DNA of 64,000 nucleotides. It comes from Ranitomeya imitator. Taxonomy: Eukaryota. Shown in pieces: positions 13,819 through 25,605 of the stretch (within the stretch, counting starts at the first letter, position 1; each line of letters begins with the position of its first letter). The position numbers and the translations under genes were made by a program. The notes beneath the pieces were generated by a model. That model did not search any database. It saw only the letters and a program-made list of their open reading frames with translations, and had not been told where the DNA came from. The stretch covers positions 132,680,001-132,744,000 of the forward strand of contig NC_091290.1 in the NCBI RefSeq assembly GCF_032444005.1. The letters are read 5' to 3'.

Positions 13819-14896
13819 TTAATGTTTTTATTGGTATTTTCGGGCACAACATTTTTTTCAACTTTGTTTATTCCGATTTTTCAGTAGCATAATGAACAAA
13901 ACAGCAATTCAGGAATTGGAATTGTTTTTTAGGTCGTTCACTGTGTGGTCAAACTCATAAGGCAGCTTTATTCTTTGGGTCAGTACAACTACATTAATTC
14001 CAAATTTATATAGTTTTTTATATTTTGCTGCTTTGACAAATATTTTATAGAACAAGAAAAACCGTTTTTTGGATCGCTAGATTCTGAAACCTACAACTCT
14101 TCTCTGTTGACGGAGCTACATAGTGGGACAACCCCGTTAAATAAGTTCAGTATCATCGTAATTGTATAGATATAGAGAATCATATTTCCAGGTAATTTTA
14201 ACAGCGCAATGAACTCCATAAAAACAAAACTCAAACACAGTTGTGGAGTTGCATATTTAACCCCCATTGTCTGCCCCTCAAATTTAGCTCACTTTGGGGG
14301 TTTCCCCCCCTACTTTTTTCAGTACATTGTACAATAGAATGAATAATGCCATTCAAATCATCAAGTCATCCTTACACATATCCCTGCACCCCCTTCCTGC
14401 CGCCAAACGCTTATTTGTCTCAAGATGAAATAAAGGTCTGAACTTCAACGAAATGGCCAGCGTCGAATTTTTCTCATACTTGCAACATGGACTTTGAATA
14501 GTTATCTTGCTGAGCACCAACTGTATCTCTTTACAAATAGAGCCAACTCATAGGTTCAGTAAAAGTGGTATGGTGCCTTTGGCATTCTAATATATTGAAT
14601 TCATCCTGCAAAAATCAAGCCCGAACACAGTGATACCAAAAGGTAATAACATTGCCCACTTGGGAGAGAGTTAATGATATTAAATTTGCATTGTAAAATC
14701 TGGTGCCAGATCCACGAGCCCACACCAAAAATAAGCTTGATTTCTCATTCGGCTGATGAGCTTATATATAATATTCTCCTAACGCTTTCAGAAACCTACC
14801 CAAGAACTGAACTTTTGAGCTGTTCATATTCTCTCAAAAATTTCATGTTTCTGAATTAATCTTGGGTCATTGTTTGGTAATGACACTTGAATATTA

Positions 14897-14927
<31 letters not shown>

Positions 14928-15725
14928 TCACAAACAGGATGTTTGCCATCCAAGTACATACGGATATGATGCTTTTTAATTCATCACGAAGTGATTCACC
15001 GGAATGTGCCGAGAGGAGCTTCACAACATTTAAGAAATCCTTAGTATTTTTTTTTTTATTAAAACCGACAAGTTGTTTGGTGGAATTGCATGTGCTGAAA
15101 GTTTGAGCGTACCAGCATTTAAAAAAAAATAAAAAAAATTATATATATCCCCCAGTAATATACTACAGAGCCTGCGTGCTCAGTCTCAACTGAGTATAGG
15201 CCCTACATAGGCAAAACCCTATGGTACCATTCTGATAGAGGTTTCAACATGTTTGATGAAACACAACCATCCCACCCCTTCCAGTCTCATAAAATACTTT
15301 GAGTAGGCTGGCTTGCACACTGCATCTGTGTTTTATATTAGAAGTACGTGTCTATAAGGCTGAAAAATAAATACACGTGAATAAGGTGCCTCACAAGGGG
15401 AGGCACAAATAATATGAATCTGTCTTCCAGAGCATGTAGATACACGACGCCCCACACATTCCTTCTAAAAAGGAGAATACTGTGCTTGTCGCCATGTGTC
15501 AGCACTACGGCACTGAGTGCAGGACGGGATAGAGCGAAGTTGGAGTTTTAGTGTAATAAGGGTTGACCTAACGAGTAAACATCATGCGGCTAACAAAGGC
15601 ACACTGCGAGATCAAAACCTAAAACGGATTTCATATGCCAGGAAAGAGTCGCAGGAAAAACAAACAAAAAAAAAAAAAAAAACACTATTTTATTTTTTTT
15701 CCCCCATTAAATCTGATATGACTTA

Positions 15726-16107
15726 AGGTACCTTCACACTGAGCAACTTTCCAACGAGAACAACAGTGATCCGTGACGTTGCAGCGTCCTGGATAGCGAT
15801 CTCGTTGTGTTTGACACGCAGCAGCGATCAGGATCCTGCTGTGACATCGCTGGTCGGAGCTAGAAGTCCAGAACTTTATTTCGTCGTCAGGTCGGCGTGA
15901 TTCGTCATGTTTGACAGCAAAAGCAACGATGCCTGCTATGGTTTTTCATGGAGCGAACAACCAGCGAGAACGATAAGTACGTCACTGGATCGCTCCTGCA
16001 TCGTTCAGCTGTTGCCGTGTTTGACGTCTCCTAGCGACCTAAACAGCGACGCTGCAGCGATCGGCTCGTTGTCTATATCGCTGCAGCGTCGCTGAGTGAC
16101 GGTACCT
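15726..16107. mobile_element. TWA-target MITE, AGGTACC family (short form)
   Basis: AGGTACCTTCACAC ... GTGACGGTACCT; TTA on both sides. Confidence 0.8.
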
Positions 16108-16374
16108 TTACTCATTCAACTGTATGGAGCAAAAATCCAAAAAAATAAATAAATAAAAATGGTTACCTACAGAGACAAATTGCACTTTTGCAACATAGGA
16201 AACTAAATGGTCTTGCAAAGGATTAACAGTCGATGCAAAAAAAAAAAAAAAAAAAAGGCTTGTATATGGATGACATGTTAGGGGAAGAAAAAAAAAAATT
16301 GTCGGAGCTTCTGGATGAAACACTGAATCTTTTCTTACATGGTCGTATGAACCTACGCTCATACTAAAATACAA

Positions 16375-18290
16375 TTAATTATTTATATAGCTCCATTGAT
16401 TCCATGGTGCTGTACAAAATACAGATATCACTTACAGTAAACAAGCTAATGATAGATTGGTACGGAGGGGAGAGGACCCTGCCCTTGCGGGCTTACATTC
16501 TACAGGATGATGGGGAAGGAGACCGAAGGCTGGGGAGAACGCAGTAGATCCAGTGATGTTGAGGTGGTAGAGTGGTCATTTGCAGGATGTATGCTTTCTT
16601 GAAGCAATGGGTTTTCAGGTTCCATCTGAAGGCTCCAAATGTGGGGGATAATCAGACGTTTTGGGGCACAGAATACCAGGAGGATCTTCAGAAGTCTTGG
16701 AGGCGATTGGGTGAGGAACAGATAAGTGTTGAGGAGTGAAAGAGGTCTTGGGAAGACTGGAGATTACATGAGGGAAGATAACGGGAGATTAGTTCGCAGG
16801 AGAAAGGTTAAGGATGACTTTCTAGGTCAGTGTCAGTAGTTTGAACTGGATACGCTGGGGAATTGCGAACCAATGAAGGGATTTGTTAAGGGGGGGAGCA
16901 GAAGTAGCGACAAGAAAGATGGATTAGTCGTGAAGCAGAGTTAAGGACGGACAGAAGAGGTGTGAAAGTGTTGGGAGGCCACAAAAGGATGATGTTGCAG
17001 TAGTCAAGGCAGGAGATGAGGGCATGCCCAATCATTTTAGTAGATTGAGGAAAGGACGGATTCTGGAAATATTTTTGAGCTGGAGGCGATCGGATGTGGC
17101 GACAGCTTGGATGTATGGTTTGAAGGACAGAGCAGAGTCAAGGGTTACTCTGAGGCAGCGGCTTTCCGGTACAGGGGAAAGCGTGATGTCATTTATTATG
17201 ATAGATAGATCACATAGGCAAGATATGCAAAATGAGGAGAGATAATGAGTTAAGATTTGTCCACAATGAGCTTGAGGCAGTGAGAGGAGAAGGAGGATAT
17301 GGCTTATAAGACACTCTGGAATTCTAGACAGCAGAGAGGTGAAATCTGGCCCAGAGAGGTAAATCTGAGTGTCATCAGCACAGAGATGATACTGTAAGCC
17401 ATGGGACTTTATGAACTGTCCTAGGCCAAGGGTATAAAGAGAGAAGAGTAGGGGGTTTTAGGACAGAGGCTTGAGGAACTCAAACAGAGGTAGGGTGGGA
17501 TGAGGAGTTGCTAAATGTGCAAGGTATGAGGAGATTCAGGATAGGGCAAGCTCTTCGACGCCAAAGGAAGAGAGGATGTGTAGCATGAAGCAGTGGTCAA
17601 CTATGTCGAAGGCAGAAGACTGGTGAAGAAGGAGTATGGAGAATTGTCTGTTGGCTTTGGCTGTGAGTCGTTAGTAATTTTGGTCAGGGTGGTTTCAGTG
17701 GAATGATGAGGAAAGAAGCATGTTAGTAGGAGGTCAAAGAGCGAGTTAGGAGGAGAGTCGGGAGGAATGTTCTGTGTGAACATGCTATTCAAGAGGTTTT
17801 GAAGCGAATGGGAGCATCGATATGGGGCAATAGCTGGACATAGAGGTTAGGTTGAATGATTGCCTTTTGAGGATAGGCCAGATTATGGCATGTTTGAAAG
17901 TAAAATGGAAGGTACCAGAAGTTAGTGATAGGTTGAAGAGAGGGGTTAGAGATGGGTTAAGTGTGGCGGTGAGATTGGAAAGGAGGTGGGATGGGGTCAA
18001 GTTCACAAGTAGTGAGGTGTCATTTGGAGAGGAGACTACTATGCTCTTCTTCAGGGAGGTTACGGCATCGGTCTTATATACAAAAGGGGTTGTGGTGGTT
18101 GAACAAAAAAGACTTGCCTTGTATGGTCGATCTTATTTTTAAAGCTTGTGGCAAAGTCCTCAGCAGAGATGAGGGAGGTCGGAGGGGGCATTGGAGGAAG
18201 TTAAAAGTTCTGAATTAACTGTTTGGGGTTATAGGATTAGGAAGATACGGGGGTTGCGAAGTAGGCCTGTTTATCAGAGGTGAAGGCCAA
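16375..18290 (-). mobile_element. Degenerate L2-clade LINE, RT region to 3' tail
   Basis: Minus-strand peptides LTPLFNLSLTSGTF..FKHAII.PILK...PISMLPFASKPLE and HHSTETTLTKITND match the CR1/L2 RT; 3' tail tgtacagcaccatggaatcaatggagctatataaat; frameshifted. Confidence 0.85.
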
Positions 18291-18768
18291 TTTGAATGAG
18301 CTTACTTTCAACACCTCATCCCTCCAATAAAGGGGAAATGGACATCCATTACAAGTTTTTACCTTGCAATATAAAAAAAAAAAAAAAAAAACAATTAAGA
18401 GCAAACAAAATACTTAACGTTTGTGATTTTCCTTTATATTTTTTTTAAATAAGAATAATGAGTGATAGAAGGAGTCCAGAGGCTTTTTTTCCAAACCAGG
18501 TTTGCTTTGCTGTTGTGGTTTATGGAGGTGGAGCAGCCTAGTAATGAGGTTTCCGCTTTTGCCTTTCTTCCCAGGCAGGGCCTTCATTTGTGAACACACA
18601 TGTAAAAGGACTATCTTGATCCAATCTGTTATGCAAGCTCACACACCTTATGGAATCCAGTGTGGCCATGTGTTTACACATAATCAGCCAGGAAAACCCT
18701 ATAGGACCTGAAGGACATAAATAATGTTGTACAAATCAAGAATACAGGATTAAGCCAAACTAGACTTA

Positions 18769-19094
18769 GGCTAGGTTCACATTGCGTTAGCGTATGCGCT
18801 AAACGGATTGAACTAACGGAATGCGCTAATGCAATGTACAAAAAGGGATTGCGTTTAGAAATCCCGCTAGCGCAGATGCCCGATCTGCGCTAGCGAGAAC
18901 GGACCCAAAAACGCTGCAAGCAGCGTTCGAGGTCCATCAGGAAATAACGGGACATCGCTAACGCATGCCAAAAATGGCATGCGTTAGATACAATGCGGTC
19001 AATGGGTGCGCTAACGGATCCGTTACATTGCGTTAGTGGCGCTATGTAACGGATTCCGTTAGCGGACTTCCACTAACGCAATGTGAACCTAGCC
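18769..19094. mobile_element. TWA-target MITE, GGCTAGGTTCACATTGCG family
   Basis: 21-bp TIR; TTA on both sides. Confidence 0.85.
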
Positions 19095-19809
19095 TTAAGC
19101 AAGAGAGGAGCGCCTAGTCAAGACGCCTTTGCCCATTGCTACTGCAGGAAAAAAAAAAAAAAAGAAAGAAAAAAAAACCTCTTGCATACAGGATAAAATT
19201 AAAAAAAATAGAAAAAAAAAATTAACCGCCACTAAAAAGCCACCAAAAGGCAACAATATCGCAGTTTGAAACATGACTGTACAGGTCGCTCCAACAATTT
19301 ATCCCAATATTATAGGATCACCTCCCACCACTTAAATCTTAATTGAAAATGTCGGACTTTTTAAAATTAAGTTGCTGTCTCAATATCTGAAGTACATTTG
19401 GTAAAAGGAAGCTGAAAGCAACAATAATCTTGGAACATGGTCATGAGTCAGTGTGAGCAAGCACAAAGCCATACGGAAGCTTAGCAACAAGCTACTCCGT
19501 GCAAAGTACTACTGCGTTATAGAAAGCCTGTGTGCACGCCAGCGAGAAAACAGGCGAGCGCTCACTTTTGGCTTAGATTTAACACCGCAACTTTGGCTGC
19601 AATGCCACATATCGCTCTGTGCAGCTGCTACATCGCAGAAAAGCAGGTAAAAAGAATCACAGAAAGTTAGAACCAATTGGATTTTTGTAACTTGCCTGTC
19701 GTGGCACCCAATGGGCCACACTATTCACCTGCATTTGGTTGCAACGTAGTAGCAGCGGCATAAAGCCATTTTGTGCCATTCCAAGAGTCACTGCCTAGCC
19801 ACGGCCTAA

Positions 19810-20741
19810 GGGTATGTTCACACGTTCAGGATTTCCATCCTTTTTTTTTTTCAGGACAGTTTTTTTTAAAAACTGCAGCTCTTGGCAGAAAACGCAGGTC
19901 CTTTTTTTGGTCCTTTTTTTGTCCTTTTCTGATGCGTTTTTTGATGCGTTTTTTATGCAGTTTTCTATGCAGAGACTGTGTGTTTCCTAGGAAGCTTTTT
20001 AGGGCTAAAATGGCTGAAAATACCCTAACCCTACCCCTACCCCTAACCCTACCCCTAACCCTATTCTAACCTTAGTGAAAAAAAAAAAAAAAAAAATTCT
20101 TAATTTTTTTATTGTCCCTACCAATGGGGGTGACAAAGTGGGGGGGGTGTCATTTACTATTTTTTTATTTTGATCACTGAGATAGGTTATATCTCAGTGA
20201 TCAAAATGCACTTTGGAGCGAATCTGGCGGGCGCACTTCGCATGCGCCCGCCATTTTGCAAGATGGCGGCGCCCAGGGAGAAGACGGCCGGACGGACACC
20301 GGGACGCCGGGTAAGTATAAGGGGGGGAGATTAGGGCACGGGGGGGGCATCGGAGCACGGGGGGGCGGGATCGGAGCACGGGGGGGGCAGCCACACTCCG
20401 CCCACGCACTTCCGCCCGCTCCCCCGCACTTCCTGCTGCAGCGGTTCTGCACATCAAATCGCAGTAAAACCCGCAGATATATTTTTGATCTGCGGGTTTT
20501 ACTGCGATTTTGACCTCACAATGGAGGTCTATGGGTGCAGAACCGCTGCGGTTCAGGAAAAAGAAGTGACATGCTCCTTTTTTGCCGCAGCTATTCTGCG
20601 CGGCTTTTTAAACGAAATTACGGATCATGTGCACAGCAGTGACTGTTTTCCATAGGGTTACATTGTTATGTACCCTGCATGGAAAACAGCTGCAAAACCG
20701 CTGCGGTTCCGCAGTAAAAAACGCACTGTGTGAACATGGCC
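19810..20741. mobile_element. Second copy of the composite GGGTATGTTCACAC MITE
   Basis: Collinear and closely similar to 12682-13485; TAA on both sides. Confidence 0.8.
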
Positions 20742-20823
20742 TAAAACGTTTTCCACTTCAGAAGACTGTTTAGACAACTAGTGTAGAATACCAAATACTA
20801 AGTGTGCAATGTATACAGTATAA

Positions 20824-21525
20824 AGGTACCGTCACACTAAGCGACGCTGCAGCGATCCAGACAACGATCCCGATCGCTGCAGCGTCGCTGTTTGGTCGCT
20901 GGAGAGCTATCACACAGACAACTCTCCAGCGACCAACGATGCCGGTAACCAGGGTAAACATCGGGTTACTAAGCGCAGGGCCGCGCTTAGTAACCCGATG
21001 TTTACCCTGGTTACCATCGTAAAAGTAAAAAAAAAAACAAATACTACATACTTACCTTCCGCTGTCTGTCTCCGGCGCTCTGCTTTCCTGCACTGACTGA
21101 GCACAGCTGCCGGAAAGCAGAGCGGTGACGTCACCGCTGTGCTTTCCGGCTGGCCGGCGCTCACAGTCAGTGCAGAGACGCACAGCGGGGGACAGACAGC
21201 GGAAGGTAAGTATGTAGTGTTTGTTTTTTTTTACTTTTACGATGGTAACCAGGGTAAACATCGGGTTACTAAGCGCGGCCCTGCGCTTAGTAACCCGATG
21301 TTTACCCTGGTTACCAGTGAAGACATTGCTGAATCGGCGTCACACACACCGATTCAGCGATGTCTGCAGGGAGTCCAGCGACTAAATAAAGTGCTGGACT
21401 TTCTGCAGCGACCAACATCACAGCAGGATCCTGATCGCTGCTGCGTGTCACACTGAACGATATCGCTGGCCAGGACGCTGCAACGTCACGGATCGCTAGC
21501 GATATCGTTCAGTGTGACGGTACCT
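20824..21525. mobile_element. TWA-target MITE, AGGTACCGTCACAC family
   Basis: Perfect 14-bp TIR; TAA on both sides; two internal hairpins. Confidence 0.85.
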
Positions 21526-21528
21526 TAA

Positions 21529-21906
21529 GGGTATGTGCACACATTGCGGGTTTTGCTGCGGATCTGCAGCAGTTTTGACACTGTGGATTCGCAGCTGTTT
21601 TCCATGAGTTTACAGTACCATGTAAACCTATGGAAAACAAAATCCGCCGTGCACATGCTGCGGGAAAAAAAAAACATGCGGAAACACTGCGTTGTTAATT
21701 CCGCAGCATGTCAATTATTTGTGCGGATTCCGCAGCGGTTTACACCTGCTCCATAATAGGACTCCGCAGGTGTAAAACCGCAGGTGGAATCTGCACAAAA
21801 AAAACGGTAAATCTGTGGTAATTCTTTAGTAAATACACAAGTAATCCGTAGTGCGGTTTACGTGCGGAAAAATCCACAGAGATCCCACCTACGTGTGCAC
21901 ATACCC
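21529..21906. mobile_element. TWA-target MITE, GGGTATGTGCACAC family
   Basis: GGGTATGTGCACAC / GTGTGCACATACCC; flanks TAA and TTA. Confidence 0.85.
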
Positions 21907-22358
21907 TTAGGACTCAAACAGTAATCACATGACTAAAGTTTATCAGCACTGAAAGAGGCGGATAAAAAGCTAATTTGATGTAAATCAGACTGCTTGAACC
22001 CTCCACCAATTTCTTACAATGTGCACAATACAAACTTAGTATTCAGCAAGCTGCACTGCATGAACTGGAAAATTGCTTAAAAATATTACTTTTTGGGGTA
22101 TTTCTGGTAGCTTTACATCTCAATTGAAATGAAAAGTATGGACTGCTGCAAACTTCAAAACAGGAAACCACATACAAAAAAAAAAATAAAAAAAACAACA
22201 CTACACCTAACGGAAGTCAATAAGTTATACGAAAAGTTCAGTGAGAAAATAAATGATCTATAAAACAGTCCAACAGGGGAAAAAAAAACAAAAAAAAAAG
22301 TGTTAAGACTGACTAATTATCTGGTTAGGATCAAATCACATTTGCTGAAAAAACCTAA

Positions 22359-22751
22359 GGGTACCGTCACACAGTGGCATTTTGATCGCTACGACGGCAC
22401 GATCCGTGACGCTCCAGCATCATAACAATATCGCTCCAGCGTCGTAGACTGCGGTCACACTTTGCAATGTACGACGCTGGAGCGATAATTTCATGACGTA
22501 TGTGCGATGTAGAAGCCGTTGGTTACTATGCGCACATCGTATACAATATCGTGCACACCTTTGTTACACCATGCGATCATGCCGCCACAGCGGGACACTA
22601 GACGACGAAAGAAAGTTTCAAACGATCTGCTACGACGTACGATTCTCAGCGGGGTCCCTGATCGCAGGAGCATGTCAGACACAGCGAGATCGCTGGAACG
22701 TCACAAATCGTGCCGTCGTAGCGATCAAAATGCCACTGTGTGACGGTACCC
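22359..22751. mobile_element. TWA-target MITE, GGGTACCGTCACACAGTGGC
   Basis: ~30-bp perfect TIR; flanks CCTAA and TTAGG. Confidence 0.85.
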
Positions 22752-22801
22752 TTAGGTATGCTACCACAATCACTAAACACGCTCCTTCACAACTGGTCTA
22801 A

Positions 22802-23217
22802 AGCCCCCGTCTCACATAGCGAGATCGCTGCTGAGTCACAAGTTTTGTGACACAACAGCGATCTCAGTAGCGATCTCGCTATGTGTGACACGTAGCAGCG
22901 ATCAGGCCCCTGCTGTGAGATCGCTGGTCGAGTCGGAATGGCCTGGACCATTTTTTGATCGTTGAGGTCCCGCTGGGTAACACACATCGCTGTGTTTGAC
23001 ACCTTACCAACGACCTCGTTGACAGGACGTCCCATTGAATCATCATGAAATAGCATCGTTCTACAGGTCGCTACAGTTCGCCGCATCGCTGCTGCGTCGT
23101 TGGGGAGATCGCACTGTGTGACATCTCACCAGCGACCACATAGCGACGCAGCAACGATCCCTGACAGGTCGTATCGTTGTCGGGATCGCTTAAGCGTCGC
23201 TATGTGTGACGGGGCCT
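22802..23217. mobile_element. TWA-target MITE (AGCCCCCGTCTCACATAGCG)
   Basis: Ends CGCTATGTGTGACGGGGCCT; TAA on both sides. Confidence 0.75.
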
Positions 23218-23770
23218 TAAGGCATCGTACACACCATACAGCATTTTCGAGCAGGCATTCCTCTAGCCCCTGTGGAGGTACCTGTAGGCAGCATGTGGCA
23301 AGGAATCCCTGCTACTGTAATACACTAAACAAAGAAAATCCACAATTCAATCACATGTGAACATACCCTTAATGAAGCTTTCACCCCACATCATTTGCTG
23401 TGTAGTTACTGAAGGTTTTAGTAGCTGCGATGAGATATTTTCAATTAAAAAGGGACAAAAAAAATTGTGGAGTTTTATGACTTTTTAAACCCTGCACATT
23501 AAGCATAGAGTTAGATTCTCTTTCAAATAAGAAAAAAAAAAAAAAAAAATCCAGAAAAATCTTCAAGAAGGCCATCTAAGGATTTCAACATCTTCTGGGA
23601 CTTTTTTTTTTTTTTTTTTTTTAGCCTATGAAACACTGACCACTCACATCAGAAGACCTCTCCTGGCCTACGTACTTTATGAATGAATCAGTTTGCTCAG
23701 GTCAGGATAGCAGACAAGTCAGATTTTCCAAGGACGGTCCATGTTTCTTGCATGTATGACACTGGCCTAA

Positions 23771-24522
23771 GGGTACCGTCACACTATACGATTTACCTAC
23801 GATCACGACCAGCGATACGACCTGGCCGTGATCGTAGGTAAATCGTAGTGTGGTCGCTGGGGAGCGGTCACACAGACAGCTCTCCAGCGACCAACGATGC
23901 CGAGGTACCCGGGTAACCAGGGTAAACATCGGGTTACTAAGCGCAGGACCACGCTTAGTAACCCGATGTTTACCCTGGTTACCAGCGCAAAAAAAAACCA
24001 AACAGCACATACTTACATTCTGGTGTCCGTCAGGTCCCTTACCGTCTGCTTCCCGCACTCACTGGCTGCCGGCCGTAGAGTGAAAGTGAAAGCACAGCAC
24101 AGCGGTGACGTCACCGCTGTGCTCTGCTTTCACTTTACGGCCGGCAGTCACTGAGTGCGGGAAGCAGACGGCAAGGGACCTGACGGACACCAGAATGTAA
24201 GTATGTGCTGTTTGTTTTTTTTTTAGTTTTACGCTTGTAACCAGGGTAAACATCGGGTTACTAAGCGCGGCCCTGCGCTTAGTAACCCGATGTTTACCCT
24301 GGTTACAAGCGAACGCATCGCTAGATCGGTGTCACACACACTGATCTAGCGATGCCAGCGGGAGGTCCAGCGACGAAAGAAAGTTCTAAACGATCTGCTA
24401 CGACGTACGATTCTCAGCAGGATCCCTGATCGCTGCTGGGTGTCAGACACAGCGATATCGTAACGATATCGCTGGAACGTCACGAATCGTAGCGATCGAA
24501 ATGGCAGTGTGTGACGGTACCC
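23771..24522. mobile_element. TWA-target MITE, GGGTACCGTCACAC family (long form)
   Basis: TIR GGGTACCGTCACAC / GTGTGACGGTACCC; TAA on both sides; two internal hairpins. Confidence 0.85.
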
Positions 24523-25348
24523 TAAGAATCAGTCAGCGAGCTGATTTGGAGGAGAGAATTTATAACTTATTTTCTTTCTTCTGAACTCCTCTAGGCTGAT
24601 TCATGACCGCAAAGCTCAGCTCAAAAAAGCTCTACCAATAAGTCAGGAGACACAATGCTCAAATAAAATGCATGAAAGCCATCTTCAGAGGCAAGGCAAC
24701 TAAAGCAACTTTACAAAACAGCACAAAGTCACCGGACTGAATATTGTGAAGGAAATTTTTCCAAGAAAAACCACAACTACACCTCAGCCACACCTTAATC
24801 AGAAGCCAGCCACTGTAATTGATTCTGTGACAATAGCACACTTCTTTCAAGACTGATATTACATAAACCTGTGCATCAACTGACTGCAGCAAACATTACA
24901 CTGTATTTTCGTCAAACCAAGTTAGGACTCAAAATATGGGAGCAGAAGATAATACAGCCTTAGGATCACCTAGTTATAAGAAAGTGGACAGTCAAAACAA
25001 GTTCACTCCCTTACAACCAAGTAATTGTTACTAAACCTAATGGCTTAAAGAAATAAAGTAGAGCAGAGAAGGTCAGTGGAGGTGTGCAGCGGTGTTTTTC
25101 CCTTAAAGTTTAACATGCACAGGAGAATGCAAAAACCTAAACGCTGCGCCATACAGAAGCACCGCACATCGGACAGCAATCGCAGACAACACATTTGTTC
25201 AGGTGAATAGCACCCAAGGCTCCTATTGACTTCAATGCAAGTTAAGACACCAGCAAACTTGCAATATTTTTACCCTGATAATCACGTGTATTTCTGACTC
25301 AACCACAATGAAAATCACAACCTTATTTGGGGCAGTTCCAGAGATTAA

Positions 25349-25605
25349 AGGGATTCACCCTTTCCTTACCCGCTGGCTGCATGCTGGCTACAATATTGGA
25401 TTGAAGTTCATTCTCTGTCCTCCATAGTACACGCCTGCGCAAGGCAAGATTGGATAACCATAGTGGGCATATACTACGGAGGACAGAGAATGAACTTCAA
25501 TCCAATATTGCAGCCAGCGGGTAAGGAAAGGGTGAATCAAACACCCGAAAACCCCACCCCTATGGCTGAAGATTGTTCCCTCCAAATTAAGGTGACAGAG
25601 TCCCT
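25349..25605. mobile_element. Kolobok/T2-like MITE
   Basis: TTAA|AGGGA ... TCCCT|TTAA with an internal palindrome. Confidence 0.6.

Noticed and set aside
13613-13887. ORFs spanning X residues
   Set aside because: Artefacts of the N gap.
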